Positions 1-12,779 of a DNA stretch of 64,000 nt are shown piece by piece. The translations under genes and the position numbers were made by a program. The stretch's first letter is position 1. Every line of letters begins with the position of its first letter. Under the pieces are notes generated by a model, which saw nothing but the letters and a program-made list of their open reading frames with translations, ran no database searches and was not told where the DNA came from. Location of the stretch: NCBI RefSeq assembly GCF_055900595.2, contig NZ_CM148325.1, one strand, 5' to 3'.

Positions 1-885
1 TCGCAGGCTAAGACCTATTCAGGGCTTGATTACCCCAGCCTCGAAGCGGTCATTCGCGTTTATCTTGAAGAACATAAGGTCGAGGTGAAAGACGGCTGTA
101 TTGCCATCGCTTGCCCAATTACCGGTGACTGGGTGGCAATGACCAACCATACCTGGGCGTTCTCAATTGCCGAAATGAAAAAGAATCTCGGTTTTAGCCA
201 TCTGGAAATTATTAACGATTTTACCGCTGTATCGATGGCGATCCCGATGCTGAAAAAAGAGCATCTGATCCAGTTTGGTGGCGCAGAACCGGTCGAAGGT
301 AAGCCTATTGCGGTTTACGGTGCCGGAACGGGGCTTGGGGTTGCGCATTTGGTCCATGTCGATAAGCGTTGGGTAAGCTTGCCAGGCGAAGGCGGTCACG
401 TTGATTTTGCGCCGAATAGTGAAGAAGAGGCCATTATCCTCGAAATACTGCGTGCAGAAATTGGTCATGTTTCGGCAGAGCGCGTGCTTTCTGGTCCTGG
501 GCTGGTGAATTTGTATCGCGCGATTGTGAAAGCCGACAACCGCCTGCCAGAAAATCTCAAGCCAAAAGATATTACCGAACGTGCGCTGGCTGACAGCTGC
601 ACCGATTGCCGCCGCGCGTTGTCGCTGTTTTGCGTCATTATGGGCCGTTTTGGCGGCAATCTGGCGCTCAATCTCGGGACATTTGGCGGCGTGTTTATTG
701 CCGGTGGTATCGTGCCGCGCTTCCTTGAGTTCTTCAAAGCCTCTGGTTTCCGTGCCGCATTTGAAGATAAAGGGCGCTTTAAAGAATATGTCCATGATAT
801 TCCGGTGTATCTCATCGTCCATGACAATCCGGGCCTTCTTGGTTCCGGTGCACATTTACGCCAGACCTTAGGTCACATTCTGTAA
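1..885 (+). CDS. glk: glucokinase, 5'-truncated by window edge (about 294 of 321 codons present)
   Basis: In-frame from window start; translation has glucokinase motifs ([24 protein letters not shown]); K-12 neighbourhood next to the fry genes. Confidence 0.9.
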   Translation, partial: SQAKTYSGLDYPSLEAVIRVYLEEHKVEVKDGCIAIACPITGDWVAMTNHTWAFSIAEMKKNLGFSHLEIINDFTAVSMAIPMLKKEHLIQFGGAEPVEGKPIAVYGAGTGLGVAHLVHVDKRWVSLPGEGGHVDFAPNSEEEAIILEILRAEIGHVSAERVLSGPGLVNLYRAIVKADNRLPENLKPKDITERALADSCTDCRRALSLFCVIMGRFGGNLALNLGTFGGVFIAGGIVPRFLEFFKASGFRAAFEDKGRFKEYVHDIPVYLIVHDNPGLLGSGAHLRQTLGHIL

Positions 886-1103
886 ATCCTTCCTGTTATA
901 TCGGGAGATAACTCTCCCGATAATCTTTTAAATCAAACAGTTAATTCAATTTTTCTTTGTGTCCCCTCACAAGGCCGACCTGCGTCACACTTCCGTACAG
1001 CGGGATTAATTCTCCAGTAAATGCATTATTTGTCTGGTAACGGCGATTTGTTTTGCACGTTCATAATTTCACTCGTCAACTATCACCGAACGAGGAATTA
1101 ACG

Positions 1104-1430
1104 ATGAGTAAGAAACTGATTGCCTTATGTGCCTGCCCAATGGGCCTGGCTCACACCTTTATGGCCGCTCAGGCGCTGGAAGAAGCGGCGGTAGAAGCCG
1201 GTTATGAAGTGAAAATTGAAACCCAGGGTGCGGACGGCATCCAGAATCGTCTGACCGCGCAGGATATCGCCGAAGCGACCATCATCATCCACTCCGTGGC
1301 GGTTACCCCGGAAGATAACGAACGTTTCGAATCACGCGACGTTTATGAAATCACTTTGCAGGACGCAATTAAAAACGCTGCGGGCATCATCAAAGAAATC
1401 GAAGAGATGATTGCCGCTGAACAACAGTAA
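1104..1430 (+). CDS. fryB: PTS fructose-like IIB component
   Basis: 108-aa product MSKKLIALCACPMGLAHTF from ATG at 1104 with an upstream GAGGA RBS; the track ORF 1053.. starts at an upstream TTG. Confidence 0.85.
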   Translation: MSKKLIALCACPMGLAHTFMAAQALEEAAVEAGYEVKIETQGADGIQNRLTAQDIAEATIIIHSVAVTPEDNERFESRDVYEITLQDAIKNAAGIIKEIEEMIAAEQQ

Positions 1431-1451
1431 TATTCGACAGGGATAATTGTT

Positions 1452-2699
1452 ATGGCCATTAAAAAACGCAGTGCAACCGTTGTGCCTGGCGCATCCGGTG
1501 CGGCAGCGGCAATTAAGAATCCGCAGGCCTCTAAAACCAGCTTCTGGGGTGAACTCCCGCAGCATGTGATGTCAGGGATTTCACGCATGGTGCCGACCTT
1601 AATTATGGGCGGTGTGATCCTCGCTTTCAGCCAGCTGATTGCTTATAGCTGGCTTAAAATTCCTGCGGATATCGGCATCATGGATGCGCTTAATAGCGGG
1701 AAATTCTCCGGTTTCGACCTCTCCTTACTGAAGTTTGCCTGGCTGTCACAGTCCTTTGGTGGCGTACTGTTTGGCTTTGCCATACCGATGTTTGCCGCTT
1801 TTGTGGCGAACTCCATCGGCGGCAAACTGGCGTTCCCGGCTGGTTTTATCGGCGGCTTGATGTCTACCCAGCCTACGCAACTGCTGAACTTCGATCCCAG
1901 CACGATGCAATGGGCGACCTCTTCGCCGGTGCCGTCCACCTTCATTGGTGCCCTGATTATTTCTATCGTTGCGGGTTACCTTGTGAAGTGGATGAACCAG
2001 AAAATCCAGTTACCGGATTTCCTGTTAGCGTTCAAAACCACATTTTTGCTACCGATTCTTTCCGCCATTTTTGTCATGCTGGCGATGTACTACGTCATCA
2101 CCCCCTTTGGTGGCTGGATTAACGGTGGTATCCGTACCGTGCTGACCGCCGCGGGTGAGAAGGGCGCGCTGATGTATGCGATGGGTATCGCAGCAGCGAC
2201 CGCCATCGACCTCGGTGGTCCAATCAACAAAGCAGCAGGTTTCGTTGCCTTTAGCTTTACCACCGACCACGTATTACCGGTTACCGCGCGTTCAATCGCT
2301 ATCGTTATTCCGCCGATAGGCCTGGGTCTGGCGACCATTATCGACCGTCGTTTAACTGGCAAACGCCTGTTCAACGCTCAGCTTTATCCGCAGGGTAAAA
2401 CCGCGATGTTCCTTGCTTTTATGGGGATCAGTGAAGGTGCGATTCCGTTTGCGCTGGAAAGCCCCATCACCGCTATTCCGTCCTATATGGTTGGCGCGAT
2501 TGTCGGCTCAACCGCCGCTGTCTGGCTGGGTGCAGTTCAATGGTTCCCGGAATCTGCTATCTGGGCATGGCCGCTGGTCACTAACCTCGGTGTCTATATG
2601 GCGGGGATCGCGCTGGGAGCAATCATTACTGCGCTGATGGTGGTATTCCTGCGTCTGATGATGTTCCGTAAAGGCAAATTGTTAATCGATAGCCTGTAA
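1452..2699 (+). CDS. fryC: PTS fructose-like IIC permease
   Basis: 415-aa polytopic membrane protein following fryB; synteny with K-12. Confidence 0.85.
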   Translation: MAIKKRSATVVPGASGAAAAIKNPQASKTSFWGELPQHVMSGISRMVPTLIMGGVILAFSQLIAYSWLKIPADIGIMDALNSGKFSGFDLSLLKFAWLSQSFGGVLFGFAIPMFAAFVANSIGGKLAFPAGFIGGLMSTQPTQLLNFDPSTMQWATSSPVPSTFIGALIISIVAGYLVKWMNQKIQLPDFLLAFKTTFLLPILSAIFVMLAMYYVITPFGGWINGGIRTVLTAAGEKGALMYAMGIAAATAIDLGGPINKAAGFVAFSFTTDHVLPVTARSIAIVIPPIGLGLATIIDRRLTGKRLFNAQLYPQGKTAMFLAFMGISEGAIPFALESPITAIPSYMVGAIVGSTAAVWLGAVQWFPESAIWAWPLVTNLGVYMAGIALGAIITALMVVFLRLMMFRKGKLLIDSL

Positions 2700-2713
2700 G
2701 AAGGAAAATCCAG

Positions 2714-3799
2714 ATGACATTACTCGCTTCGCTGCGCGACTGGCTTAAGGCACAACAACTGGATGCAGTGCTTCTCTCCTCACGGCAGAACAAACAACCG
2801 CATCTGGGGATCTCCACCGGATCAGGCTATGTGGTGATTAGCCGTGAAAGTGCGCACATTCTGGTGGATTCGCGCTATTACGCGGATGTAGAAGCCCGCA
2901 CGCAAGGCTACCAGCTGCATTTGCTTGACGCGACGAACACGCTTACCACTATCGTCAATCAAATCATTGCCGATGAGCAGTTGCAAACGCTCGGTTTTGA
3001 AGGCCAGCAGGTAAGTTGGGAAACCGCGCACCGCTGGCAGTCTGAACTCAATGCGAAACTGGTAAGCGCCACGCCGGATGTGCTGCGGCAAATCAAAACG
3101 CCAGAGGAGGTGGAGAAAATCCGCCTCGCCTGTGGGATTGCCGATCGCGGTGCAGAGCATATTCGCCGCTTTATTCAGGCGGGGATGAGCGAATGCGAGA
3201 TTGCTGCTGAACTGGAGTGGTTTATGCGCCAGCAGGGCGCAGAAAAAGCCTCTTTTGACACCATTGTCGCCAGCGGCTGGCGTGGGGCGCTGCCGCACGG
3301 CAAAGCCAGCGACAAGATTGTTGCAGCGGGCGAGTTTGTCACTCTCGATTTCGGTGCGCTGTATCAGGGCTACTGCTCTGATATGACGCGCACCTTGCTG
3401 GTGAATGGCGAAGGGGTGAGCGCCGAATCTCACCCACTGTTTGATGTGTATAACATTGTCCTGCAGGCACAGCTCGCGGCAATCTCCGCGATTCGCCCCG
3501 GCGTGCGCTGCCAGCAGGTTGACGACGCCGCGCGCCGGGTCATTACAGAAGCCGGTTATGGCGACTATTTCGGTCATAACACCGGTCATGCTATCGGCAT
3601 TGAAGTCCATGAAGATCCGCGTTTTTCACCGCGGGACACCACGACGCTACAGCCAGGGATGTTACTGACCGTGGAGCCGGGGATTTATTTGCCAGGGCGA
3701 GGGGGCGTGCGCATCGAAGATGTCGTGCTGGTTACCCCGCAAGGCGCGGAAGTGCTCTACGCCATGCCAAAAACAGTGTTGCTCACGGGAGAGGCATAA
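2714..3799 (+). CDS. ypdF: M24-family Xaa-Pro aminopeptidase
   Basis: 361 aa with metal-ligand motifs typical of M24 peptidases ([14 protein letters not shown]); synteny. Confidence 0.85.
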   Translation: MTLLASLRDWLKAQQLDAVLLSSRQNKQPHLGISTGSGYVVISRESAHILVDSRYYADVEARTQGYQLHLLDATNTLTTIVNQIIADEQLQTLGFEGQQVSWETAHRWQSELNAKLVSATPDVLRQIKTPEEVEKIRLACGIADRGAEHIRRFIQAGMSECEIAAELEWFMRQQGAEKASFDTIVASGWRGALPHGKASDKIVAAGEFVTLDFGALYQGYCSDMTRTLLVNGEGVSAESHPLFDVYNIVLQAQLAAISAIRPGVRCQQVDDAARRVITEAGYGDYFGHNTGHAIGIEVHEDPRFSPRDTTTLQPGMLLTVEPGIYLPGRGGVRIEDVVLVTPQGAEVLYAMPKTVLLTGEA

Positions 3800-4836
3800 T
3801 GGATTTATCGCTATTAAAAGCGTTGAGCGAGGCAGATGCGATCGCCTCCTCGGAACAGGAAGTGCGGCAGATCCTGCTGGATGAAGCGGATCGCCTGCAA
3901 AAGGAGGTGCGATTTGATGGTCTGGGATCGGTGCTGATCCGCCTCAATGAATCGACAGGTCCGAAGGTGATGATCTGTGCGCATATGGACGAAGTGGGAT
4001 TTATGGTGCGTAGCATCTCCCGCGAAGGGGCGATTGATGTCCTGCCAGTTGGCAATGTGCGCATGGCTGCCCGCCAGCTTCAGCCAGTACGGATCACTAC
4101 TCGTGAAGAGTGCAAAATTCCCGGTTTGCTCGATGGCGAGCGGCAGGGGAATGACGTCAGCGCCATGCGCGTGGACATTGGTGCGCGCTCGTATGACGAA
4201 GTGATGCAGGCAGGTATTCGTCCGGGCGATCGTGTCACGTTTGATACCACTTTTCAGGTTCTCCCTCACCAGCGAGTGATGGGTAAAGCCTTTGATGACC
4301 GCCTCGGTTGCTACCTGCTGGTGACGTTACTACGTGAGCTGCACAACACCGAGCTGCCTGCGGAAGTGTGGCTGGTGGCAAGTTCCAGCGAAGAGGTGGG
4401 ATTACGCGGCGGGCAAACCGCCACCCGCGCGGTGTCGCCGGACATCGCCATTGTGCTTGATACCGCCTGCTGGGCGAAAAACTTTGATTATGGCGCGGCT
4501 AACCATCGCCAGATTGGTAACGGCCCGATGCTGGTGTTAAGCGACAAGTCGCTGATTGCGCCGCCAAAACTTACCGCGTGGATCGAAACCGTGGCGGCAG
4601 AAATTGGCGTGCCGTTGCAGGCCGATATGTTCAGCAACGGCGGAACGGACGGCGGGGCGGTGCATTTAACCGGCACTGGCGTACCCACAGTGGTGATGGG
4701 GCCAGCAACCCGCCACGGACATTGCGCCGCATCGATTGCCGACTGCCGCGACATTTTGCAGATGCAGCAGCTTTTATCTGCCCTTATTCAACGTCTTACC
4801 CGTGAGACGGTTGTTCAACTGACGGATTTCAGATGA
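3799..4836 (+). CDS. ypdE: M42-family aminopeptidase
   Basis: 345 aa; start overlaps the ypdF stop; synteny. Confidence 0.85.
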   Translation: MDLSLLKALSEADAIASSEQEVRQILLDEADRLQKEVRFDGLGSVLIRLNESTGPKVMICAHMDEVGFMVRSISREGAIDVLPVGNVRMAARQLQPVRITTREECKIPGLLDGERQGNDVSAMRVDIGARSYDEVMQAGIRPGDRVTFDTTFQVLPHQRVMGKAFDDRLGCYLLVTLLRELHNTELPAEVWLVASSSEEVGLRGGQTATRAVSPDIAIVLDTACWAKNFDYGAANHRQIGNGPMLVLSDKSLIAPPKLTAWIETVAAEIGVPLQADMFSNGGTDGGAVHLTGTGVPTVVMGPATRHGHCAASIADCRDILQMQQLLSALIQRLTRETVVQLTDFR

Positions 4837-4860
4837 TCTCCTGATTAACCCGGAGCGGTT

Positions 4861-7356
4861 ATGTTAACGATTCAATTTCTCTGTCCTTTGCCAAACGGTC
4901 TGCATGCTCGTCCGGCGTGGGAACTTAAAGAGCAGTGCAGCCAGTGGCAAAGTGAAGTCACCTTTATTAATCATCGCCAGAACGCCAGGGCTGATGCCAA
5001 AAGCTCGCTGGCGCTGATTGGCACCAGCACCTTATTTAATGACAGTTGCAGCTTGAACATTAGCGGCAGCGATGAAGAGCAGGCGCGGCGCGTGCTGGAA
5101 GAGTATATCCAGGTGCGCTTTATCGACAGCGACAGCGTTCAGCCGACGCAGGCAGAACTGACGGCGCATCCGCTGCCGCGTTCATTAAGCCGCCTTAACC
5201 CGGATTTACTGTACGGCAATGTGCTGGCAAGCGGCGTCGGCGTGGGTACGCTGACCCTGTTACAAAGCGACAGCCTCGACAGTTACCGGGCGATCCCCGC
5301 CAGTGCGCAAGATTCCACCCGGCTGGAGCACAGCCTGGCAACGCTTGCCGAGCAACTGAACCAGCAATTGCGCGAGCGTGACGGCGAAAGCAAAACCATT
5401 CTCAGCGCCCATTTGTCGCTGATTCAGGATGATGAATTCGCGGGCAATATCCGTCGCCTGATGACAGAACAACATCAGGGGTTGGGTGCAGCGATCATCA
5501 GCAATATGGAGCAGGTTTGCGCCAAACTTTCTGCTTCTGCCAGTGATTATCTGCGCGAACGTGTTAGCGACATTCGCGATATCAGCGAACAGTTACTGCA
5601 TATCACCTGGCCGGAACTGAAGCCGCGCAACAATCTGGTGCTGGAAAAACCGACTATTCTGGTAGCCGAGGATTTAACCCCAAGCCAGTTTTTGAGCCTC
5701 GATTTAAAAAATCTTGCGGGCATGATTCTGGAGAAAACCGGGCGCACCTCGCATACCCTGATTCTGGCCCGTGCCTCGGCGATCCCGGTTTTGAGCGGCC
5801 TGCCGCTGGATGCGATCGCGCGTTATGCCGGGCAACCGGCGGTGCTTGACGCCCAGTGCGGCGTGCTGGCGATTAACCCGAATGACGCGGTGAGCGGTTA
5901 TTATCAGGTTGCGCAGACGCTGGCGGATAAACGTCAGCAACAACAGGCGCAAGCTGCCGCGCAGCAGGCCTATTCCCGTGATAACAAGCGCATTGATATC
6001 GCGGCGAATATTGGCACCGCTCTTGAAGCGCCTGGCGCGTTTGCCAACGGCGCGGAAGGCGTTGGACTGTTCCGTACCGAAATGCTCTATATGGAGCGCG
6101 ACAGTGCGCCGGACGAACAGGAACAGTTTGAAGCATACCAACAGGTGCTACTGGCGGCGGGCGACAAGCCGATTATTTTCCGCACGATGGACATCGGCGG
6201 CGATAAAAGCATTCCTTACCTCAACATTCCCCAGGAAGAGAACCCGTTCCTCGGCTATCGCGCGGTACGTATTTACCCGGAATTTGCTGGTCTGTTCCGC
6301 ACTCAATTGCGGGCTATTTTGCGCGCTGCCAGTTTCGGTAATGCCCAGTTAATGATCCCAATGGTCCACAGCCTCGATCAGATCTTATGGGTGAAGGGCG
6401 AGATCCAAAAAGCGATCGTTGAGCTTAAGCGCGATGGCCTGCGTCATGCAGAGTCGATTACGCTGGGTATCATGGTGGAAGTACCGTCGGTGTGCTACAT
6501 CATCGACCACTTCTGCGATGAGGTCGATTTCTTCAGTATCGGTTCTAACGATATGACCCAGTATCTGTATGCGGTCGATCGTAATAACCCGCGCGTATCG
6601 CCGCTGTATAACCCGATTACGCCATCGTTCCTGCGCATGTTGCAGCAGATTGTTACCACTGCGCATCAGCGGGGTAAATGGGTAGGTATTTGCGGTGAAC
6701 TGGGCGGTGAAAGTCGTTATCTGCCGCTACTGCTTGGACTGGGCCTGGATGAGCTGAGTATGAGTAGCCCGCGTATTCCGGCGGTGAAAAGCCAGCTTCG
6801 TCAACTGGATAGCCAGGCGTGTCGGGAATTGGCTCGTCAGGCATGTGAATGCCGCAGTGCGCAGGAAATTGAAGCGTTACTCACCGCCTTTACGCCGGAA
6901 GAAGACGTTCGCCCACTGCTGGCGCTGGAGAATATCTTTGTTGATCAGTCATTTAGCAATAAAGAGCAGGCGATCCAGTTCCTGTGCGGCAACCTTGGCG
7001 TTAACGGGCGTACTGAACATCCGTTTGAGCTGGAAGAAGATGTCTGGCAGCGGGAAGAGATTGTTACTACTGGCGTTGGTTTTGGCGTGGCGATCCCGCA
7101 CACCAAATCTCAGTGGATCCGTCATTCCAGTATCAGCATTGCCCGGCTGGTGAAACCGGTTGACTGGCAGTCAGAAATGGGCGAAGTCGAACTGGTGATT
7201 ATGCTGACGCTGGGCGCTAACGAAGGGATGAATCATGTGAAAGTCTTCTCGCAGCTGGCGCGTAAACTGGTGAATAAAAACTTCCGCCAGTCGTTGTTTG
7301 CCGCGCAAGATGCACAAAGCATCCTGACGCTGCTGGAAACGGAATTAACCTTCTGA
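4861..7356 (+). CDS. fryA: PTS multiphosphoryl transfer protein (HPr / enzyme I / IIA fusion)
   Basis: 831 aa; N-terminal HPr-like region, central PEP-utilising enzyme I region, C-terminal IIA-like region. Confidence 0.85.
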   Translation: MLTIQFLCPLPNGLHARPAWELKEQCSQWQSEVTFINHRQNARADAKSSLALIGTSTLFNDSCSLNISGSDEEQARRVLEEYIQVRFIDSDSVQPTQAELTAHPLPRSLSRLNPDLLYGNVLASGVGVGTLTLLQSDSLDSYRAIPASAQDSTRLEHSLATLAEQLNQQLRERDGESKTILSAHLSLIQDDEFAGNIRRLMTEQHQGLGAAIISNMEQVCAKLSASASDYLRERVSDIRDISEQLLHITWPELKPRNNLVLEKPTILVAEDLTPSQFLSLDLKNLAGMILEKTGRTSHTLILARASAIPVLSGLPLDAIARYAGQPAVLDAQCGVLAINPNDAVSGYYQVAQTLADKRQQQQAQAAAQQAYSRDNKRIDIAANIGTALEAPGAFANGAEGVGLFRTEMLYMERDSAPDEQEQFEAYQQVLLAAGDKPIIFRTMDIGGDKSIPYLNIPQEENPFLGYRAVRIYPEFAGLFRTQLRAILRAASFGNAQLMIPMVHSLDQILWVKGEIQKAIVELKRDGLRHAESITLGIMVEVPSVCYIIDHFCDEVDFFSIGSNDMTQYLYAVDRNNPRVSPLYNPITPSFLRMLQQIVTTAHQRGKWVGICGELGGESRYLPLLLGLGLDELSMSSPRIPAVKSQLRQLDSQACRELARQACECRSAQEIEALLTAFTPEEDVRPLLALENIFVDQSFSNKEQAIQFLCGNLGVNGRTEHPFELEEDVWQREEIVTTGVGFGVAIPHTKSQWIRHSSISIARLVKPVDWQSEMGEVELVIMLTLGANEGMNHVKVFSQLARKLVNKNFRQSLFAAQDAQSILTLLETELTF

Positions 7357-7358
7357 CG

Positions 7359-8216
7359 TTAGCCCTGAAAACGGGCGCTGTACTCTCCCGGCGTCAGGCC
7401 AAACTGACGCCGGAAGACGCGACAAAAATAGTCGCTGTCCGGAAAGCCGCAACGCTGCGCCACTTCATGAATCGACAGATGATATTTCTGCAAAATCATC
7501 CTCGCCTTCGCCATTCGCACCCAACGCACATATTCGATAAAACGCATTGTTCCATGCTGCGCAAACAGTTTTGACAGATGATTGGGCGTGATATTAAAAA
7601 ACTGCGCCACGTTCTCACGGGTGAGCGGCTGGGCATAATTATCCTGAACCCAGTTACAAATGCTGTGATAGAGAAAATCGCCGCGCGGCTGCGAATTACC
7701 CGGCGGCATATTCACCACGTTGCGGCAAAGATGCAGCAAACTTAACACCAGCGGCTGAATGATATTCTGCTCCAGCGGCGAACGGCTAAGATGGGTGAGG
7801 GCAGTAAGCATTGCTTCACCTTCGCCGCGTTGCAGGCTGGGAAGTTGGATCTGGCGAGCAGGATGCAACAACGACGTGGTGCGGCTATCGTAAAACGATA
7901 ACCCAAGCCAGGTCGGCGCGAATACCAGGCTTAACAGCATTACCGGTTTGTTGTTGACCGGTAAATTAGCCGCGCGCGCTGGAATAAACAGCATTTCTCC
8001 TTCCACCATACGCTGCTGCTTTGCTTCCAGCAGGTTGCCGTATTCGCCGCGTAGCACGATATCCAGACGGGGAAAATCAATACATAAACTGCCCACCGGC
8101 AATGAGGCAGGCTGGCTGGCAAACCAGACGCGCCCCAGTAGTTGCGGGTTAAGCACCAGGCCGCTGAACAGATCGGCGAAAAATTGTTGATCGGCGGGCA
8201 AGCCTGTTGCTTTCAT
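7359..8216 (-). CDS. ypdC: AraC-family transcriptional regulator
   Basis: 285 aa with a C-terminal AraC-type HTH; synteny. Confidence 0.8.
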   Translation of the reverse strand: MKATGLPADQQFFADLFSGLVLNPQLLGRVWFASQPASLPVGSLCIDFPRLDIVLRGEYGNLLEAKQQRMVEGEMLFIPARAANLPVNNKPVMLLSLVFAPTWLGLSFYDSRTTSLLHPARQIQLPSLQRGEGEAMLTALTHLSRSPLEQNIIQPLVLSLLHLCRNVVNMPPGNSQPRGDFLYHSICNWVQDNYAQPLTRENVAQFFNITPNHLSKLFAQHGTMRFIEYVRWVRMAKARMILQKYHLSIHEVAQRCGFPDSDYFCRVFRRQFGLTPGEYSARFQG

Positions 8217-8227
8217 GAAAATCCCGA

Positions 8228-8962
8228 TTACAGATGCATTAACTGCCTGAATTCTTTTACTTTGCTACGGCTGACCGGTACTTCAAAATCCAGATCTTTC
8301 AGTCGCAGAATGTAGGTGTTATTAAACCACGGTTCGATTTCGCGGATTTTGTTCAGATTGACACAAAATGAGCGATGGCAGCGGAAAAAATGTGACGGCG
8401 GCAGCTTGCTGCAAAACTCGGTAATGTTCATCGGCATTACGTAGGATTCACGCCGCGTATAGACAAAGGTCATTTTCTCGTGCGCTTCGGCGTAATAGAT
8501 ATCGTTAATTGGCGTGACGATGATGCGCTCATCTTTCACCAGATTAATGGTGTCATTCTCACGCATTACCGTCGTGGCAGGCGTACTGCTGGTCTGCTGT
8601 TGTTGCCAGGCCGCTTCCAGCTTTTGCAGCATTCCTGTAATGCGTGATTCCTGATACGGTTTGAGAATGTAGTCAAACGCCTCCAGTTCAAACGCTTCTA
8701 CCGCATGTTCTTTCCAGGCGGTGATAAATACAATAAACGGTTTATGAGCAAACTGGCTGATGTTTTGCGCCAGCAACACGCCATCCAGCGACGGAATATT
8801 GATATCCAGAAAAATGGCGTCGACGCGGTTATGCTGCAAAAACTTCAACACGTCCAGACCATCGTCAAAGGTGCCGACAATCTCCATCTGGCTGTGCTCT
8901 TTAATCAGCCAGCTCAGTTCCTGTTGTGCCAGGAATTCGTCTTCAACAATGATGACTTTCAC
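8228..8962 (-). CDS. ypdB: LytTR-family response regulator
   Basis: Receiver domain plus LytTR domain; GTG start at 8962 gives 244 aa (VKVIIVEDE), which fits better than the upstream M of the track ORF. Confidence 0.85.
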   Translation of the reverse strand: MKVIIVEDEFLAQQELSWLIKEHSQMEIVGTFDDGLDVLKFLQHNRVDAIFLDINIPSLDGVLLAQNISQFAHKPFIVFITAWKEHAVEAFELEAFDYILKPYQESRITGMLQKLEAAWQQQQTSSTPATTVMRENDTINLVKDERIIVTPINDIYYAEAHEKMTFVYTRRESYVMPMNITEFCSKLPPSHFFRCHRSFCVNLNKIREIEPWFNNTYILRLKDLDFEVPVSRSKVKEFRQLMHL

Positions 8963-8976
8963 AATATCACTCCGGC

Positions 8977-10674
8977 TCAAAGCAATAACGTAGCCTGTGA
9001 GGCGACAGGGGTGCGTTGGTTAGGAATGTAAAACGCAATTTCCGTTCCTGGTTCCAGGCGGCGGATATGCAGCCCCTCGCCATACAATAACTTCACGCGA
9101 TGATGGACATTCAGCAGGCCAATTTTATTGCCCGGCATTTCGTTCGCTTCGACCCGCTCAATGACTTTTGGATCGATGCCGTGCCCGGTATCTCGCACCG
9201 CAATGCGTACCCGATTACCGCACTCTGCAACGCTGATGGTGACAACGCCTTTACCTTTGCAAGGCTGAATACCGTGGACAATGGCGTTTTCCACCAACGG
9301 CTGGATCAGCAGGCTGGGAATGCAGCAATTGACCTCTTCATCAATATCATAGATAACCGTCAGCTTGTCGCCAAAGCGGGCCTGCTCAATGGCAATATAG
9401 TCTTTAATTTGATACAGCTCTTTTTTGATATCGATTTGCTCATCGTCTTTTAATTCAATGTTATAGCGTAGATAACGCGACAGATTAAAGATTAACTGGC
9501 GAGCGGTATCCGGATTCAGACGGATCGACGATGAGATAGCATTCAGAGCATTAAACAGGAAATGGGGATTAATTTTGCTTTGCAGAGCGCGAAGCTCTGC
9601 CTTATTTGCCATTTCACGTAGCTGCTCGGCGCGTGAAACCTCCAGTTGGGTGGAGATGATTTGCGACAGACCGACAGCCATTTCCTGTAATGACGAGGTG
9701 ATCTGATGCGCGTGGCAGTAGTAAATTTTCAGTGTTCCTGTCACCACGCCTTTCTCCCACAATGGGATCACCAGCATCGAATGAATCTCTGGCGTGCGGT
9801 GGGCTTCATCATTATTTTTAATAATGATTTTTCCGTAATTCATTGCCTGACGCGTTGTTGGGCTAATGAAGTCATCGCCATTCTGATAGTTGTGTTCACC
9901 TACGCCAACATAGGCCAGCACATGATCGGTGTTGGTAATCGCTACCGCATCGGCGTGAATATCATCGCGGATAATTTCACAAACTTTGCGTAATGACTCG
10001 CTATTGACATGGCGAAACAGCGGCAGCGTTTTGTTGGCGATATCCAGCGCCAACTTGGCCTGCCGCGCGGCGCTGGCCTCTTTTTCGCCCTCAACGCTTT
10101 GTACCAGCAACACAATAAAGCCGATACAAACGCTGCCGAGGATCATCGGAATCCCGATTTTGGAGACGATATCAATCCCCAGTGCAGTGGTGGGCGCCCA
10201 GACAATCACCAGAATCATCGTCAACGTTTCACATAACATGCCACCGAGAATACCGACGCGCCAGCGCTGTGCTTTGGGGATTTTCAGGTTGATCCAGCCT
10301 GATATGCAACCCGCGAGAATACTGGTGATAAAGCACGGAATTGCCGTCACGCCGCCGATGTCAATTAAATAACGGTGAATACCCGCAATCACACCGGTAA
10401 TGATGCCTACCCACGGGCCAAATAGAATTCCGCCTGACATCACCGCGATAATGCGCACATTAACCAGCGAGCCTTCTACGGGCACGCCGGACCAGGTGCT
10501 GAACAGGGCGAACAGCGAGAAAATGGCGGTAACGGCGAGCAGCTCTTTTGGGGAGTGCGCCGACTTGTGCAACAGTTCGCGAAACAGGCGGATACGGATG
10601 AGAAAGAACAGGCAGATAAGCATTAACGCTGCCCGATCGAAGACCGCCAGCAGCATATTGAATATTTCGTGCAC
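8977..10674 (-). CDS. ypdA: sensor histidine kinase (LytS-like)
   Basis: 565 aa; N-terminal multi-TM domain, GAF-like region and C-terminal histidine kinase/ATPase domain; adjacent to ypdB. Confidence 0.85.
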
Positions 10675-11050
10675 GGGTGACTCTGAATAAGGATTAAACC
10701 TCTATGATAGGTAACCTGAAGGCCGATGACCAGCAGGCCGTTTTTGAGGAAAGACCACAACTTTAAAAGGGGATTGAAAGTTAAATGGTGTATTAGCAAT
10801 GCATCTCTTGATAATGCATATCTGTTTGGTAAATTTATTGAAATTATAATGTTAATAGATTGGGTGGTAATTTTCTTGTTAGCGTAGATAAATTTCCTGT
10901 TTTTAAAGCGGAGTTCCTCATTTAAGGCTATTAACAAAAATGTTCTAAAACGCTGGACAGACAGAAATTAATCAGGCTATTTTCAAAACAGCCACCATCG
11001 TGGCAGCGTCGCTCGGACGGTCCGGGCGCTCACGTTAATCTGAGGAAATT

Positions 11051-12289
11051 ATGGCTGACACTCGCCCTGAACGTCGCTTTACGCGTATTGATCGTCTCCC
11101 ACCCTACGTTTTTAACATTACCGCTGAACTGAAAATGGCTGCGCGTCGGCGCGGCGAAGATATTATCGATTTCAGTATGGGTAACCCGGACGGTGCGACC
11201 CCGCCGCATATCGTCGAAAAATTATGTACGGTGGCCCAGCGACCGGACACGCATGGTTATTCCACCTCGCGTGGTATTCCGCGGTTACGTCGCGCCATTT
11301 CCCGCTGGTATCAGGATCGTTACGACGTCGAGATCGACCCGGAATCAGAGGCTATCGTCACCATTGGCTCGAAAGAGGGGCTGGCGCATCTGATGCTGGC
11401 GACGCTGGATCACGGTGACACTGTACTGGTGCCTAATCCAAGCTACCCGATTCATATTTACGGCGCGGTGATTGCCGGGGCGCAGGTACGCTCAGTGCCG
11501 CTGGTGGACGGTGTCGATTTCTTCAACGAACTGGAACGCGCCATTCGCGAAAGTTATCCGAAACCGAAGATGATGATCCTCGGCTTTCCCTCGAACCCAA
11601 CCGCGCAATGCGTGGAACTGGAATTCTTTGAGAAGGTTGTAGCGCTGGCGAAACGCTACGATGTGCTGGTGGTCCATGACCTGGCCTATGCCGATATCGT
11701 CTACGATGGCTGGAAAGCGCCGTCAATCATGCAGGTGCCAGGTGCACGCGATGTGGCGGTCGAGTTCTTTACGCTGTCGAAAAGCTACAACATGGCGGGC
11801 TGGCGTATCGGCTTTATGGTCGGTAACAAAACGCTGGTCAGCGCGTTGGCACGTATTAAAAGCTATCACGATTACGGCACCTTTACGCCGTTGCAGGTGG
11901 CGGCGATTGCGGCACTGGAGGGCGATCAACAGTGCGTTCGCGACATTGCCGAACAGTACAAACGCCGCCGTGATGTACTGGTTAAAGGGCTGCATGAAGC
12001 GGGCTGGATGGTCGAAATGCCGAAGGCTTCGATGTATGTCTGGGCGAAAATCCCGGAACCATATGCGGCCATGGGCTCACTGGAATTTGCCAAGAAACTG
12101 CTTAACGAAGCGAAGGTCTGTGTCTCTCCAGGGATTGGCTTTGGCGACTACGGCGACACCCATGTTCGCTTTGCGCTGATTGAAAACCGCGATCGTATTC
12201 GCCAGGCGATTCGTGGAATTAAAGCGATGTTCCGTGCCGACGGTTTACTACCCGCCAGCAGCAAACATATTCACGAAAACGCGGAATAA
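11051..12289 (+). CDS. alaC: glutamate-pyruvate aminotransferase (class I aminotransferase)
   Basis: 412 aa, PLP-dependent aminotransferase fold ([12 protein letters not shown]); synteny. Confidence 0.9.
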   Translation: MADTRPERRFTRIDRLPPYVFNITAELKMAARRRGEDIIDFSMGNPDGATPPHIVEKLCTVAQRPDTHGYSTSRGIPRLRRAISRWYQDRYDVEIDPESEAIVTIGSKEGLAHLMLATLDHGDTVLVPNPSYPIHIYGAVIAGAQVRSVPLVDGVDFFNELERAIRESYPKPKMMILGFPSNPTAQCVELEFFEKVVALAKRYDVLVVHDLAYADIVYDGWKAPSIMQVPGARDVAVEFFTLSKSYNMAGWRIGFMVGNKTLVSALARIKSYHDYGTFTPLQVAAIAALEGDQQCVRDIAEQYKRRRDVLVKGLHEAGWMVEMPKASMYVWAKIPEPYAAMGSLEFAKKLLNEAKVCVSPGIGFGDYGDTHVRFALIENRDRIRQAIRGIKAMFRADGLLPASSKHIHENAE

Positions 12290-12308
12290 ACACCATCGCC
12301 AGAAATGC

Positions 12309-12337
12309 AAACAGGAGCCAGATGGCTCCTGTTTTTC
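12309..12337 (+). terminator. rho-independent terminator downstream of alaC
   Basis: Hairpin CAGGAGCCA-GAT-GGCTCCTG followed by TTTTT. Confidence 0.5.
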
Positions 12338-12353
12338 ATTGCACAGTTTGCTT

Positions 12354-12425
12354 TTAGATCATCAGGGCAAAAGTACCGGCCCAAACGATGACCATAAAAG
12401 AAATGCCCATAAAGAAATATTTCAC
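12354..12425 (-). CDS. ypdK: small membrane protein (23 aa)
   Basis: GTG-initiated ORF VKYFFMGISFMVIVWAGTFALMI at the K-12 position between alaC and lpxP; too short for the ORF track. Confidence 0.45.
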   Translation of the reverse strand: MKYFFMGISFMVIVWAGTFALMI

Positions 12426-12779
12426 TTTACATCTCTCCGCGTAATTACTGTTACGCCTGAATGACTTCATTACACCTGATACAGTGAGTTGACACCGGGC
12501 AAAACGACATTGAAAGTCCGTATTTTACCGTGGGCATCACCCCAGAATTCTGAGCTAAACTGCTCCAGACGGCGCTAATGTACGCCTAAAACTGAAACGA
12601 GACAAGAGGCATTTTCTTATTTACTTTTAGTAACTTACAGGTGTCTCATATCGGCGACAGTTTAATTTCTGACGGTAATAATTAGAGATTCAGCGAAGGA
12701 AAAAACCTTAAGAAAAAAGCCATAAAAACCATGAGGTTATTATGGCTGATTTGAGGAGGGAAAGAGTAAGAGCAATTTG

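Noticed and set aside
163..855. Long minus-strand ORFs inside glk (230 and 120 aa)
   Set aside because: They lie antisense to a well-supported conserved gene and have no recognisable protein features; typical antisense ORF artefacts.
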